Source: the human T2T-CHM13v2.0 reference genome, Homo sapiens
Strand: one strand, 5' to 3'
DNA length: 64,000 nucleotides
NCBI RefSeq assembly: GCF_009914755.1
Contig: NC_060943.1
Shown: positions 39,445 through 55,946 of the stretch, piece after piece
Layout: every line of letters begins with the position of its first letter
How positions within the stretch are numbered: position 1 is the first letter of the stretch
The notes under the pieces: generated by a model
Database searches by the model: none
What the model saw: the letters and a program-made list of their open reading frames with translations, nothing else
What the model was told of the DNA's origin: nothing
Made by a program: the position numbers and the translations under genes

Positions 39445-41022
39445 TGATCCACCCGCCTCAGCCTCCCAAAGTGCTGGGATTACAGGTGGGAGCTACTGTG
39501 CCCGGCCAGAAATGGAGATTTTTGTTCTTCTTTTGATGAGACGGAACCTCGCACCGTGGCCCAGGCTGGAGTGCAGTGGAGTGACCTCGGCTCACTGCAA
39601 GCTCTGCCTCCTGGGGTCATGCCATTCTCCTGCCTCAGCCTCCCATAGAGCTGGGACTACAGGCGCCCGACACCACGCCCAGCTAAGGTTTTTGCATTTA
39701 TTATTTTTTTTTTTTGTAGGGACGGTCTTTCACCGTGTTAGCCAGGACGGTCTCGATCTCCTGCCCTCGTGATGCACCCGCCTGAGCCCCCCGAAGTGCT
39801 CGGATTACAGGCATGAGCCACCATGCACGGCCCAGAAATGGAGATTTTTGAGCAAACACATTAAAGAAAAGAAACGCAAATAGACGAAACTCATTTTAAC
39901 ATTTTTATTTAACCCAAGGAATACAGATATAATCAACACCAATACAATTGATGTCACAGTGATGACTAAGATACATGCTACAATCCTTCATTCTCAGATG
40001 CAAAATCTAGTATGTGTTTTACAGCAAACGTCAGTTGGAAACTGAACGTCGATCACACATGCTTGATGTGCATGTCAATTTCATGAGAGTTACAATCTCA
40101 GGAGAAGTCTCACATAGCGTAAGAGTCCAAACATACCTTCAAGTGTTTCGACAAGTTCTTCACTACTCATTCTTAGAACTGAATTTACCAACAACAATCC
40201 CAGCCTATTCATTGCTGAACTGCATCCCATTGAAAGAATGGGTCACAGTTCCTCTCTCTAGACACTGTGGAACGACATTGAAGGCCCTTCCATCTTTTGG
40301 CGATTGTGAGGACAGGTGCTAGAAGCCTCTGCCCTCAGCCTTGTCCACGTGAGTTCTAATTCCTTTAGAACAACTATCTCAGGGTGGGAAAGATGGTTCC
40401 AATGCTAAGTGCCTATTGCATTGATTATGAATCAATGAAACTCTTTCTCCCTGGGGGTTGTCCCAGTTGGATTCCAAGCAGCACTGTCAGAGTGTTCCAG
40501 CTTCTCCACATGCTCCGCAGCCCTTGGGATGGTGAGTGATTGTCACGGTGGCTTCTGGGAGAGCTTCTTGGTTGTGGTTGAAGGTGTATTTGACGTGCAT
40601 TTCCCCAGGGGAGGGACAGTGAACGCTTTTTGAAGTGGTTCTTTACATCCCCTTTGAGGAAATGTCTGCTCAAGTCTCTGGCTGGGTTTTGAACAGAATC
40701 ATTTGTTTGTCCCATTGGAGTTTTGACAACTCTGTGTATTCTGAGTATGAGCAGTCCTTGCACGTATATGAGATTTGCAAATATTTTGTGCCCCAATCTC
40801 AAGGTTGCTCTTTGATACAAATCAAGAGCATCTGAGGCAGAGCAAAGGTTCAGGTGAGAGGACGGAGCATTTCTCCACCTCTCCAGCATGCGCAGCATCT
40901 CTCTCCTCCGAGATGCCGAGACATGTGTGCAGGGAGACACCATGAAAAAGCAGGTGTGCTTCATTCTGAATAGAGCGTCTCTGATTCCCGTCTGGTGCCT
41001 GAGGGTGCATGGCCCATGAGCC

Positions 41023-43417
41023 TTAGAAGAGACGTCTTCGGGCCTTGCACGTTGGCCTCCATAGAAACTTGTGGCAAATTCTGGGCTCCGGACTGGGTGA
41101 TGGAGGTAGAGGTCTGAGGGCAGAGGTGGGCAGGGGCTCCAGGCCGTGGAGATCCAAGTGGAATTCTTCAGGCAGAGCCTGTCTCCAGGGACTAGGCTTG
41201 GGCATTTGGGATGAGCCCTGGGGGACGGCCGCTCTGTAGTCAGGTTTGAGGTAGAGGACACGCCAGGAAGAAGGGCTGACTCCATGCACAAGGTTTGCTG
41301 GGGGTCCCATCAGGGGCAGGAAGCCTTGGGGAGCCTCACCCTCTTCTACTGAAGGCGCCACACACACATTCTCTGCTCTCTGGGCTCTCACAGATCCATT
41401 TTCAATGTCAATCTCCCAGACAGTCTCTGTACTAGTGAGCAGGAGCCAGCGGGCATGGGCAGGGTACAAGAGATCCTTCAGGGACATCAAGAGTTGCTCA
41501 GGGACCACCAGGAGCTGCACATTGAGGAGGCTGAGTCGCAGGGCTCCCTGTGGGTCCAGCCCCAGGAACTCCTGCCCCAGGCGCAGGTGCAGGACCATTC
41601 CTGGTTCCAAGACCGCGATGATCATCTTCCTCTGGGGAAGCTGTGGGCCCTGGGGGAGAAAAGCCGTGGGTCAGTCATTGTCCTCTGAGGGTGGCTCAAA
41701 CAGGGAGAGAGCAAGGCGGGGAGCTGCCAGTAACTTCCCCAGGCATAAATGAAACCCCGCAGGGACACCCAGAATTGGCACCTGTATTGACGCCCCTTGG
41801 GACGGTGATTTCCTGCAAGTCCCCTAGGGCCTGGAGCTCAGGCAGACCTGTCTCACCCACGCCCACCTAGGTGGTGTGACCTTACCTGGGGCAGCTCCAG
41901 GGGCAGCTGTGCAGGGTGGTGGGGAGCTGGCTGTACCGGAGCTGGTTCTGCACCTGTGGAGAGAGCAGAGTGTGCAGGTGAAAGCCCTTGTCATGCAGGA
42001 TGCCCTTGAGGGTTCAAGGTGCCACCGTGAGAAAGACCAAATACAGAAGAAGCCAGGTACAGGACACCCAGCCACGGAGCTGCAGGAGGAAGCTCCCGAC
42101 ACTCTGGACAGCACAGCTGCTCGCCTCATGACGTGACGGGACACTGGCTTGGTAGCAGGGGACTCAGGATGAAAAAGAGAAGATGCCTCACCTGGATGAG
42201 GACCCAGCTCCTCCACTTTCTGGCGTTTTGGGGCATTTGATGGCGTGCCGCTGGAGCTGTAGGACAGAGAGACACAGTCAGATTTCGGGCAGTTCCCTAA
42301 CGTCCAATTCCCTGAATCCCCACAAATTCACTCCACTTCCCTGCCTTTCATTCAAGGCCACAGACTCGTCATCCACTTCCTGTGAGACCTGCTCCCAATC
42401 TGTCCTAACTCCCAGCTGTTCTTGTTCTCACCCCATCTACCTGAGCTTCCCTGGGTGAAGAAAAGGCAGGGAAGGAGGGTCGGTGCCCACAGGGAGCAGT
42501 TTACCCTTTCAGGAGCTCATGCAGATGAGAGTTGGAAAACTCTCCTTGGGTGTGAGGAGCTGGAGAAAGATGTTGAGATCCCGGAGAGGTGGCACCTCTG
42601 TCTACACAGGTAACAAAGGAATGGGGTCTTAGGATTCGAATCACAGCAGGAGAAGAGGAAGGAATTTGTCGGGCATGACGGCATGCGCCTGTAATCCCAG
42701 CACTTTGGGAGGCCAAGGTCGGAGGATTGCTTGAGTCCAGGAGTTTGAGAGCAGCCTGGGCAACATGGTGAAAGCTAGTCTCCACTAAAAATACTAAACA
42801 TTAGTGGGTCATGGTGGTGCATGCCTGTGGTCTCACCTACTCAGGAGGCTCAGGTGGGAGGATCACCTGCGACTCAGAGGTGGAGCCCGCAGTCAGCTAA
42901 AATCACGCCACTGCACTCCAGTGTGGACCATCGGAGTGAGACGCTGTCTCAATAAAATAAATCAGTAAATAAGACAAATAGAAAAATTAAAAATGAAAAA
43001 AGGAGGAAACTGTTTTATTTTTCCTAGTAGATCTTGAAACTCTCACATCATGTCCTACAATCTCCCTTCTTGCAGAACACAGAACCCATTCCCTGTGGAG
43101 CTGGTTGGGTGGATTGAAAGTGGGGCTGCCCTGAGATATGTGTGTGGTTGCGATGTAGAAGCCTTCCCAGCACCCTGTGATGACTTACGGGCACCTCACT
43201 TCCCTCTGGCCCCAAATTCAAAACATCCAATCTCATGGCAGGTTCATGCACCCTTTTCCCTTCCCCTCTCTCCAACACACACCCACACATCCCACAGGCA
43301 GGTCACCCCGCAGGCGTCCCCAGCACATAGCAAAGCTCACCCGCTCTCTCCTGCGTGGTCGCTCTTGGATTCGGTGCAGGAATCACTGGGGCTTCTTGGG
43401 CGCCGGGAACCTTTCAT
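41023..43417 (-). CDS. PRR23D-like protein copy 6, intact; join(43417..43341, 42256..42192, 41953..41886, 41649..41023)
   Basis: Same exons and splice sites; last-exon ORF identical to copy 1. Confidence 0.85.
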
Positions 43418-44190
43418 GGTGAAAATTTCCAGGGTTCTCCAAGTCAGCCACTGCCAGTGTTTGTCTGTCTCCTGCAAAGATTTCTTCTTGGCTCCCGAAT
43501 CCTTTAGTTCCTTTGAGAGAGTGGTGTCAGCCCCAAAGCTGCTCCCGAAGGCTTGGGATGTGTAGCGACGGGGCTGTGGCCAGCGGCAGGTGGATGAGGC
43601 TCTGACAACTGAGCTCTTGGGGGAATCTTGTACACTGTCAGCAGGGGGTGGAGCCAGGGGATTTGTCAGCAGGAACTGATGTGATTGGCTGTTCCTGGTA
43701 TGACAACGGGAGGGGCCCTCATGGAGGATTGGGGCGTAACTCAATCCATAGATGACCGATCAACAGAACCTGCCTAATCCCATCAAGAGCCAACCTGTTT
43801 CCTGTCCCCTCCCATCCTCTAGGTCTTGCCTAATAATGATAGACACTTTCTGTCATACCCAATTCATCCATCGCTGAAATAGTTTTTCATGTGTGCCTTT
43901 TATATTTTCATGCAATAAAAATATGTTAATTTTCACGGTGGCTATCCTGGGGAATGCTATGTACATGAAATGAAGTGTCAAAGGAGCAGAAGCAGAAGGA
44001 AATTCACAAGCTTCTCTGAGCGTCTCTGCTTCAATTCCTGCCATGTTTCCTAAACATGTTGGCTTCTTTCTTCCTACCCAAGTAAGAAGGTGCTTCAGAA
44101 GTTCAATCTTAGGGCATTTGACAAACGCCGCTGAGAATTTCAGGATGACACGAAGGAACCTTTGATTGGATTTGTGGATGTGCCTGTGAA

Positions 44191-44242
<52 letters not shown>

Positions 44243-45732
44243 GCCAGGATGAAGTGGCTGTTCCTGGGGTGGAGACCCTTCTTTCTCTTGAGAATGTTCA
44301 TTGCTGTTGACTCATTGTGGGTTTTGGAGATATTTTCTCTCTTTCTTTCGTTCTTTCAGACATTTTTTGCTTTCTCCCTCCCTCGATCCTAACCCCCCTC
44401 CATCCCCCCCTCACTCCCTCCCTCCCTCTTTCCATCCTTCCTCCCTCCCTTCCCTCTTTCCTTCCTTCCTGCCTTCTTCCCTTCCCCTTCCCCTCTTCCT
44501 TCTGTCCTTCCTTCCTGTGTGTAAAAGAAAAATTGGTGAATAGAAGAATAATTGAATAACTGCCTGAGTCACTTATACATTTCTCATCTCACTCTGGGGA
44601 CACAGAAGACCGTGTTGTACTCATCTCCTCGATTTTAAAAACAGTCATTCTAAAATCAAGGATTCTAGATGTATCACTTCTAGGCGAAATCTTGAAAGAA
44701 AATGTGTAAGAGTTTCATGTGCTCTTCATCTCTATGATCACAATTGAAGAAGGCAGGAGGTTGAGATGCTGCATCGCCAAGATCGTGGTGATTCCATTAT
44801 CATTACCCTTGTAACTTGTGAGCATCCTTACTGCCAGCAATCATTATTAGATATGGAATCTGATATAGGAGTTCATATTTACTGTATGAATATCTTGGTG
44901 TGGGAGTGTTGGCTCATGCCTGTAATCCCAGTGCTTTGGGAGGCAGAGGCAGGAGGCTCGCTTGAACCCAGGAGTTCGAGACAAGCCGGAAGAGCATGGC
45001 GAGACCCTCGTCTCTACAAAAATGTAAAAATCAGCCAAGTGTGCTGGTAGGTGCCTGTAGTCTCAGCTCCTTAGGAGGCTGAAGTGTTAGGATCGCTTTC
45101 GCCCGGGATGTAATGGCTACAGGGAGTCGAGATCTTGCCACTGAACTTCAGCCTGGGCAACAGAGCAAGACTCTCTCTCAAAAATAAAATGCTTTTTCCT
45201 TTAGGCTTAAATTCTAACACTCAAACCTCCAAAGCGGAGGTATTAGGAGGTGGGGCCCTTGGGAGATGATGAGATTATGAAAGTGGAACCCTCGTAAATG
45301 GGATTAGTGCCCTTCTGAAAGTGACGGAAGAGAGCTCGCCAGCACCTTCCATGTGGGGAGACAGGGAGGATATGACAGTCTCCAACCTGGAAGAGGGTCC
45401 TCACCAGACCCCGATCATGCTGGCACTCTCATCGTGGACTTCCGGCCTCCAGAACTCTGATCAACAAATGTGTGTTCTTAAAGAAAAAAAAAGTGTGGAA
45501 AGCAATGTTAATGTTCCCAATCACTTTGAGTACATTCTTTCCTTAACTATGTCTTAATGCATAGTTGTGTTGGATGGCCTAGTTTGTAATGTTAGAATAT
45601 GCATGTTAGTGAATTAATAAATACAGCAGTAAAGAATAGAGTTGTGGTTGGGAATGGTGTCTCACGCCTGTAATCCCAGCACAATGGCATGCCGAGGCGG
45701 GTCAATCACCTGTAGTCGGGAGGTGGAGATCA

Positions 45733-45912
<180 letters not shown>

Positions 45913-46706
45913 CTAAATTCTATATCAAAAAATTAAAAAAAAAAAAAAAGAAGGCTGTTTGTTGACCATTTGAGTGGCCAGTCTTGGTGCTTCCTGGTGG
46001 GCGAGGAGAGCCCTACCCCATTCCTACCCATTCCAGTAGTCATGGCATAAGAGTGATTCTCACTTTCTGCTATAGCCTCCTTATCCATTGGCTGAAATGA
46101 TTCTTTTTTAATATGTCTTATAAATGCTTCCATAGCAAAAAAAATTGAATTGACTTTTATAGGGACTCTTTCGGGGATTGTTACCCATCATTCCATAATT
46201 TGTTTGTACTCCTAGAAAAGGGAAGTATGCCGAGCACAGTGGATATTTCGTCTCAAATAATAAATAAATAACCAAATAGAAAAGAAAGAAAAGGAAGTAA
46301 AGGGAAATATACAAATATACAAGGTGTTAGGAGAGAGTTGCTAATCGTGATTCCCCCTTAATTGTCCAAACAGACCACCTCTGGGGATCTATTCGTAAAA
46401 GACTCGTTAGAAGTGCAGACTCATGCATTTGAGAATCACTCAGGGAAATCTGAAGATGACCTGTGGTGGGGGTGTAAATGGATACTTAAATGTGTCTTGT
46501 GATTGTGTGAGAGTGTGACTGTGTGTTTGTGTGTGTGCTGTCATCTGTGGAGTGGGGGATCCTCTTTTGCCTTGAGAAAGCTCATCTCTGTCCACTTACT
46601 CTGGGCTCTACCACCTGTGCCTTGTATCCAGTAGAAATAAAACAGTTTGCGGCAGAAATGGAGTTTTATTTTATTTTACTTTACTTTTTATTAGGATTAT
46701 TTGTAG

Positions 46707-46907
<201 letters not shown>

Positions 46908-48485
46908 TGATCCACCCGCCTCAGCCTCCCAAAGTGCTGGGATTACAGGTGGGAGCTACTGTGCCCGGCCAGAAATGGAGATTTTTGTTCTTCTTTTGAT
47001 GAGACGGAACCTCGCACCGTGGCCCAGGCTGGAGTGCAGTGGAGTGACCTCGGCTCACTGCAAGCTCTGCCTCCTGGGGTCATGCCATTCTCCTGCCTCA
47101 GCCTCCCATAGAGCTGGGACTACAGGCGCCCGACACCACGCCCAGCTAAGGTTTTTGCATTTATTATTTTTTTTTTTTGTAGGGACGGTCTTTCACCGTG
47201 TTAGCCAGGACGGTCTCGATCTCCTGCCCTCGTGATGCACCCGCCTGAGCCCCCCGAAGTGCTCGGATTACAGGCATGAGCCACCATGCACGGCCCAGAA
47301 ATGGAGATTTTTGAGCAAACACATTAAAGAAAAGAAACGCAAATAGACGAAACTCATTTTAACATTTTTATTTAACCCAAGGAATACAGATATAATCAAC
47401 ACCAATACAATTGATGTCACAGTGATGACTAAGATACATGCTACAATCCTTCATTCTCAGATGCAAAATCTAGTATGTGTTTTACAGCAAACGTCAGTTG
47501 GAAACTGAACGTCGATCACACATGCTTGATGTGCATGTCAATTTCATGAGAGTTACAATCTCAGGAGAAGTCTCACATAGCGTAAGAGTCCAAACATACC
47601 TTCAAGTGTTTCGACAAGTTCTTCACTACTCATTCTTAGAACTGAATTTACCAACAACAATCCCAGCCTATTCATTGCTGAACTGCATCCCATTGAAAGA
47701 ATGGGTCACAGTTCCTCTCTCTAGACACTGTGGAACGACATTGAAGGCCCTTCCATCTTTTGGCGATTGTGAGGACAGGTGCTAGAAGCCTCTGCCCTCA
47801 GCCTTGTCCACGTGAGTTCTAATTCCTTTAGAACAACTATCTCAGGGTGGGAAAGATGGTTCCAATGCTAAGTGCCTATTGCATTGATTATGAATCAATG
47901 AAACTCTTTCTCCCTGGGGGTTGTCCCAGTTGGATTCCAAGCAGCACTGTCAGAGTGTTCCAGCTTCTCCACATGCTCCGCAGCCCTTGGGATGGTGAGT
48001 GATTGTCACGGTGGCTTCTGGGAGAGCTTCTTGGTTGTGGTTGAAGGTGTATTTGACGTGCATTTCCCCAGGGGAGGGACAGTGAACGCTTTTTGAAGTG
48101 GTTCTTTACATCCCCTTTGAGGAAATGTCTGCTCAAGTCTCTGGCTGGGTTTTGAACAGAATCATTTGTTTGTCCCATTGGAGTTTTGACAACTCTGTGT
48201 ATTCTGAGTATGAGCAGTCCTTGCACGTATATGAGATTTGCAAATATTTTGTGCCCCAATCTCAAGGTTGCTCTTTGATACAAATCAAGAGCATCTGAGG
48301 CAGAGCAAAGGTTCAGGTGAGAGGACGGAGCATTTCTCCACCTCTCCAGCATGCGCAGCATCTCTCTCCTCCGAGATGCCGAGACATGTGTGCAGGGAGA
48401 CACCATGAAAAAGCAGGTGTGCTTCATTCTGAATAGAGCGTCTCTGATTCCCGTCTGGTGCCTGAGGGTGCATGGCCCATGAGCC

Positions 48486-50884
<2,399 letters not shown>

Positions 50885-51657
50885 GGTGAAAATTTCCAGG
50901 GTTCTCCAAGTCAGCCACTGCCAGTGTTTGTCTGTCTCCTGCAAAGATTTCTTCTTGGCTCCCGAATCCTTTAGTTCCTTTGAGAGAGTGGTGTCAGCCC
51001 CAAAGCTGCTCCCGAAGGCTTGGGTTGTGTAGCGACGGGGCTGTGGCCAGCGGCAGGTGGATGAGGCTCTGACAACTGAGCTCTTGGGGGAATCTTGTAC
51101 ACTGTCAGCAGGGGGTGGAGCCAGGGGATTTGTCAGCAGGAACTGATGTGATTGGCTGTTCCTGGTATGACAACGGGAGGGGCCCTCATGGAGGATTGGG
51201 GCGTAACTCAATCCATAGATGACCGATCAACAGAACCTGCCTAATCCCATCAAGAGCCAACCTGTTTCCTGTCCCCTCCCATCCTCTAGGTCTTGCCTAA
51301 TAATGATAGACACTTTCTGTCATACCCAATTCATCCATCGCTGAAATAGTTTTTCATGTGTGCCTTTTATATTTTCATGCAATAAAAATATGTTAATTTT
51401 CACGGGGGCTATCCTGGGGAATGCTATGTACATGAAATGAAGTGTCAAAGGAGCAGAAGCAGAAGGAAATTCACAAGCTTCTCTGAGCGTCTCTGCTTCA
51501 ATTCCTGCCATGTTTCCTAAACATGTTGGCTTCTTTCTTCCTACCCAAGTAAGAAGGTGCTTCAGAAGATCAATCTTAGGGCATTTGACAAACGCTGCTG
51601 AGAATTTCAGGATGACACGAAGGAACCTTTGATTGGATTTGTGGATGTGCCTGTGAA

Positions 51658-51705
<48 letters not shown>

Positions 51706-53195
51706 GCCAGGATGAAGTGGCTGTTCCTGGGGTGGAGACCCTTCTTTCTCTTGAGAATGTTCATTGCTGTTGACTCATTGTGGGTTTTGGAGATATTTTC
51801 TCTCTTTCTTTCGTTCTTTCAGACATTTTTTGCTTTCTCCCTCCCTCGATCCTAACCCCCCTCCATCCCCCCCTCACTCCCTCCCTCCCTCTTTCCATCC
51901 TTCCTCCCTCCCTTCCCTCTTTCCTTCCTTCCTGCCTTCTTCCCTTCCCCTTCCCCTCTTCCTTCTGTCCTTCCTTCCTGTGTGTAAAAGAAAAATTGGT
52001 GAATAGAAGAATAATTGAATAACTGCCTGAGTCACTTATACATTTCTCATCTCACTCTGGGGACACAGAAGACCGTGTTGTACTCATCTCCTCGATTTTA
52101 AAAACAGTCATTCTAAAATCAAGGATTCTAGATGTATCACTTCTAGGCGAAATCTTGAAAGAAAATGTGTAAGAGTTTCATGTGCTCTTCATCTCTATGA
52201 TCACAATTGAAGAAGGCAGGAGGTTGAGATGCTGCATCGCCAAGATCGTGGTGATTCCATTATCATTACCCTTGTAACTTGTGAGCATCCTTACTGCCAG
52301 CAATCATTATTAGATATGGAATCTGATATAGGAGTTCATATTTACTGTATGAATATCTTGGTGTGGGAGTGTTGGCTCATGCCTGTAATCCCAGTGCTTT
52401 GGGAGGCAGAGGCAGGAGGCTCGCTTGAACCCAGGAGTTCGAGACAAGCTGGAAGAGCATGGCGAGACCCTCGTCTCTACAAAAATGTAAAAATCAGCCA
52501 AGTGTGCTGGTAGGTGCCTGTAGTCTCAGCTCCTTAGGAGGCTGAAGTGTTAGGATCGCTTTCGCCCGGGATGTAATGGCTACAGGGAGTCGAGATCTTG
52601 CCACTGAACTTCAGCCTGGGCAACAGAGCAAGACTCTCTCTCAAAAATAAAATGCTTTTTCCTTTAGGCTTAAATTCTAACACTCAAACCTCCAAAGCGG
52701 AGGTATTAGGAGGTGGGGCCCTTGGGAGATGATGAGATTATGAAAGTGGAACCCTCGTAAATGGGATTAGTGCCCTTCTGAAAGTGACGGAAGAGAGCTC
52801 GCCAGCACCTTCCATGTGGGGAGACAGGGAGGATATGACAGTCTCCAACCTGGAAGAGGGTCCTCACCAGACCCCGATCATGCTGGCACTCTCATCGTGG
52901 ACTTCCGGCCTCCAGAACTCTGATCAACAAATGTGTGTTCTTAAAGAAAAAAAAAGTGTGGAAAGCAATGTTAATGTTCCCAATCACTTTGAGTACATTC
53001 TTTCCTTAACTATGTCTTAATGCATAGTTGTGTTGGATGGCCTAGTTTGTAATGTTAGAATATGCATGTTAGTGAATTAATAAATACAGCAGTAAAGAAT
53101 AGAGTTGTGGTTGGGAATGGTGTCTCACGCCTGTAATCCCAGCACAATGGCATGCCGAGGCGGGTCAATCACCTGTAGTCGGGAGGTGGAGATCA

Positions 53196-53375
<180 letters not shown>

Positions 53376-54169
53376 CTAAATTCTATATCAAAAAATTAAA
53401 AAAAAAAAAAAAGAAGGCTGTTTGTTGACCATTTGAGTGGCCAGTCTTGGTGCTTCCTGGTGGGCGAGGAGAGCCCTACCCCATTCCTACCCATTCCAGT
53501 AGTCATGGCATAAGAGTGATTCTCACTTTCTGCTATAGCCTCCTTATCCATTGGCTGAAATGATTGTTTTTTAATGTGTCTTATAAATGCGTCCATAGCA
53601 AAAAAAATTGAATTGACTTTTATAGGGACTCTTTCGGGGATTGTTACCCATCATTCCATAATTTGTTTGTACTCCTAGAAAAGGGAAGTATGCCGAGCAC
53701 AGTGGATATTTCGTCTCAAATAATAAATAAATAACCAAATAGAAAAGAAAGAAAAGGAAGTAAAGGGAAATATACAAATATACAAGGTGTTAGGAGAGAG
53801 TTGCTAATCGTGATTCCCCCTTAATTGTCCAAACAGACCACTTCTGGGGATCTATTCGTAAAAGACTCGTTAGAAGTGCAGACTCATGCATTTGAGAATC
53901 ACTCAGGGAAATCTGAAGATGACCTGTGGTGGGGGTGTAAATGGATACTTAAATGTGTCTTGTGATTGTGTGAGAGTGTGACTGTGTGTTTGTGTGTGTG
54001 CTGTCATCTGTGGAGTGGGGGATCCTCTTTTGCCTTGAGAAAGCTCATCTCTGTCCACTTACTCTGGGCTCTACCATCTGTGCCTTGTATCCAGTAGAAA
54101 TAAAACAGTTTGCGGCAGAAATGGAGTTTTATTTTATTTTACTTTACTTTTTATTAGGATTATTTGTAG

Positions 54170-54370
<201 letters not shown>

Positions 54371-55946
54371 TGATCCACCCGCCTCAGCCTCCCAAAGTGC
54401 TGGGATTACAGGTGGGAGCTACTGTGCCCGGCCAGAAATGGAGATTTTTGTTCTTCTTTTGATGAGACGGAACCTCGCACCGTGGCCCAGGCTGGAGTGC
54501 AGTGGAGTGACCTCGGCTCACTGCAAGCTCTGCCTCCTGGGGTCATGCCATTCTCCTGCCTCAGCCTCCCAAAGAGCTGGGACTACAGGCGCCCGACACC
54601 ACGCCCAGCTAAGGTTTTTGCATTTATTTTTTTTTTTTTGTAGGGACGGGCTTTCACCGTGTTAGCCAGGACGGTCTCGATCTCCTGCCCTCGTGATGCA
54701 CCCGCCTGAGCCTCCCGAAGTGCTCGGATTACAGGCATGAGCCACCATGCACGGCCCAGAAATGGAGATTTTTGAGCAAACACATTAAAGAAAAGAAACG
54801 CAAATAGACGAAACTCATTTTAACATTTTTATTTAACCCAAGGAATACAGATATAATCAACACCAATACAATTGATGTCACAGTGATGACTAAGATACAT
54901 GCTACAATACTTCATTCTCAGATGCAAAATCTAGTATGTGTTTTACAGCAAACGTCAGTTGGAAACTGAACGTCGATCACACATGCTTGATGTGCATGTC
55001 AATTTCATGAGAGTTACAATCTCAGGAGAAGTCTCACATAGCGTAAGAGTCCAAACATACCTTCAAGTGTTTCGACAAGTTCTTCACTACTCATTCTTAG
55101 AACTGAATTTACCAACAACAATCCCAGCCTATTCATTGCTGAACTGCATCCCATTGAAAGAATGGGTCACAGTTCCTCTCTCTAGACACTGTGGAACGAC
55201 ATTGAAGGCCCTTCCATCTTTTGGCGATTGTGAGGACAGGTGCTAGAAGCCTCTGCCCTCAGCCTTGTCCACGTGAGTTCTAATTCCTTTAGAACAACTA
55301 TCTCAGGGTGGGAAAGATGGTTCCAATGCTAAGTGCCTATTGCATTGATTATGAATCAATGAAACTCTTTCTCCCTGGGGGTTGTCCCAGTTGGATTCCA
55401 AGCAGCACTGTCAGAGTGTTCCAGCTTCTCCACATGCTCCGCAGCCCTTGGGATGGTGAGTGATTGTCACGGTGGCTTCTGGGAGAGCTTCTTGGTTGTT
55501 GTTGAAGGTGTATTTGACGTGCATTTCCCCAGGGGAGGGACAGTGAACGCTTTTTGAAGTGGTTCTTTACATCCCCTTTGAGGAAATGTCTGCTCAAGTC
55601 TCTGGCTGGGTTTTGAACAGAATCATTTGTTTGTCCCATTGGAGTTTTGACAACTCTGTGTATTCTGAGTATGAGCAGTCCTTGCACGTATATGAGATTT
55701 GCAAATATTTTGTGCCCCAATCTCAAGGTTGCTCTTTGATACAAATCAAGAGCATCTGAGGCAAAGCAAAGGTTCAGGTGAGAGGACGGAGCATTTCTCC
55801 ACCTCTCCAGCATGCGCAGCATCTCTCTCCTCCGAGATGCCGAGACATGTGTGCAGGGAGACACCATGAAAAAGCAGGTGTGCTTCATTCTGAATAGAGC
55901 GTCTCTGATTCCCGTCTGGTGCCTGAGGGTCCATGGCCCATGAGCC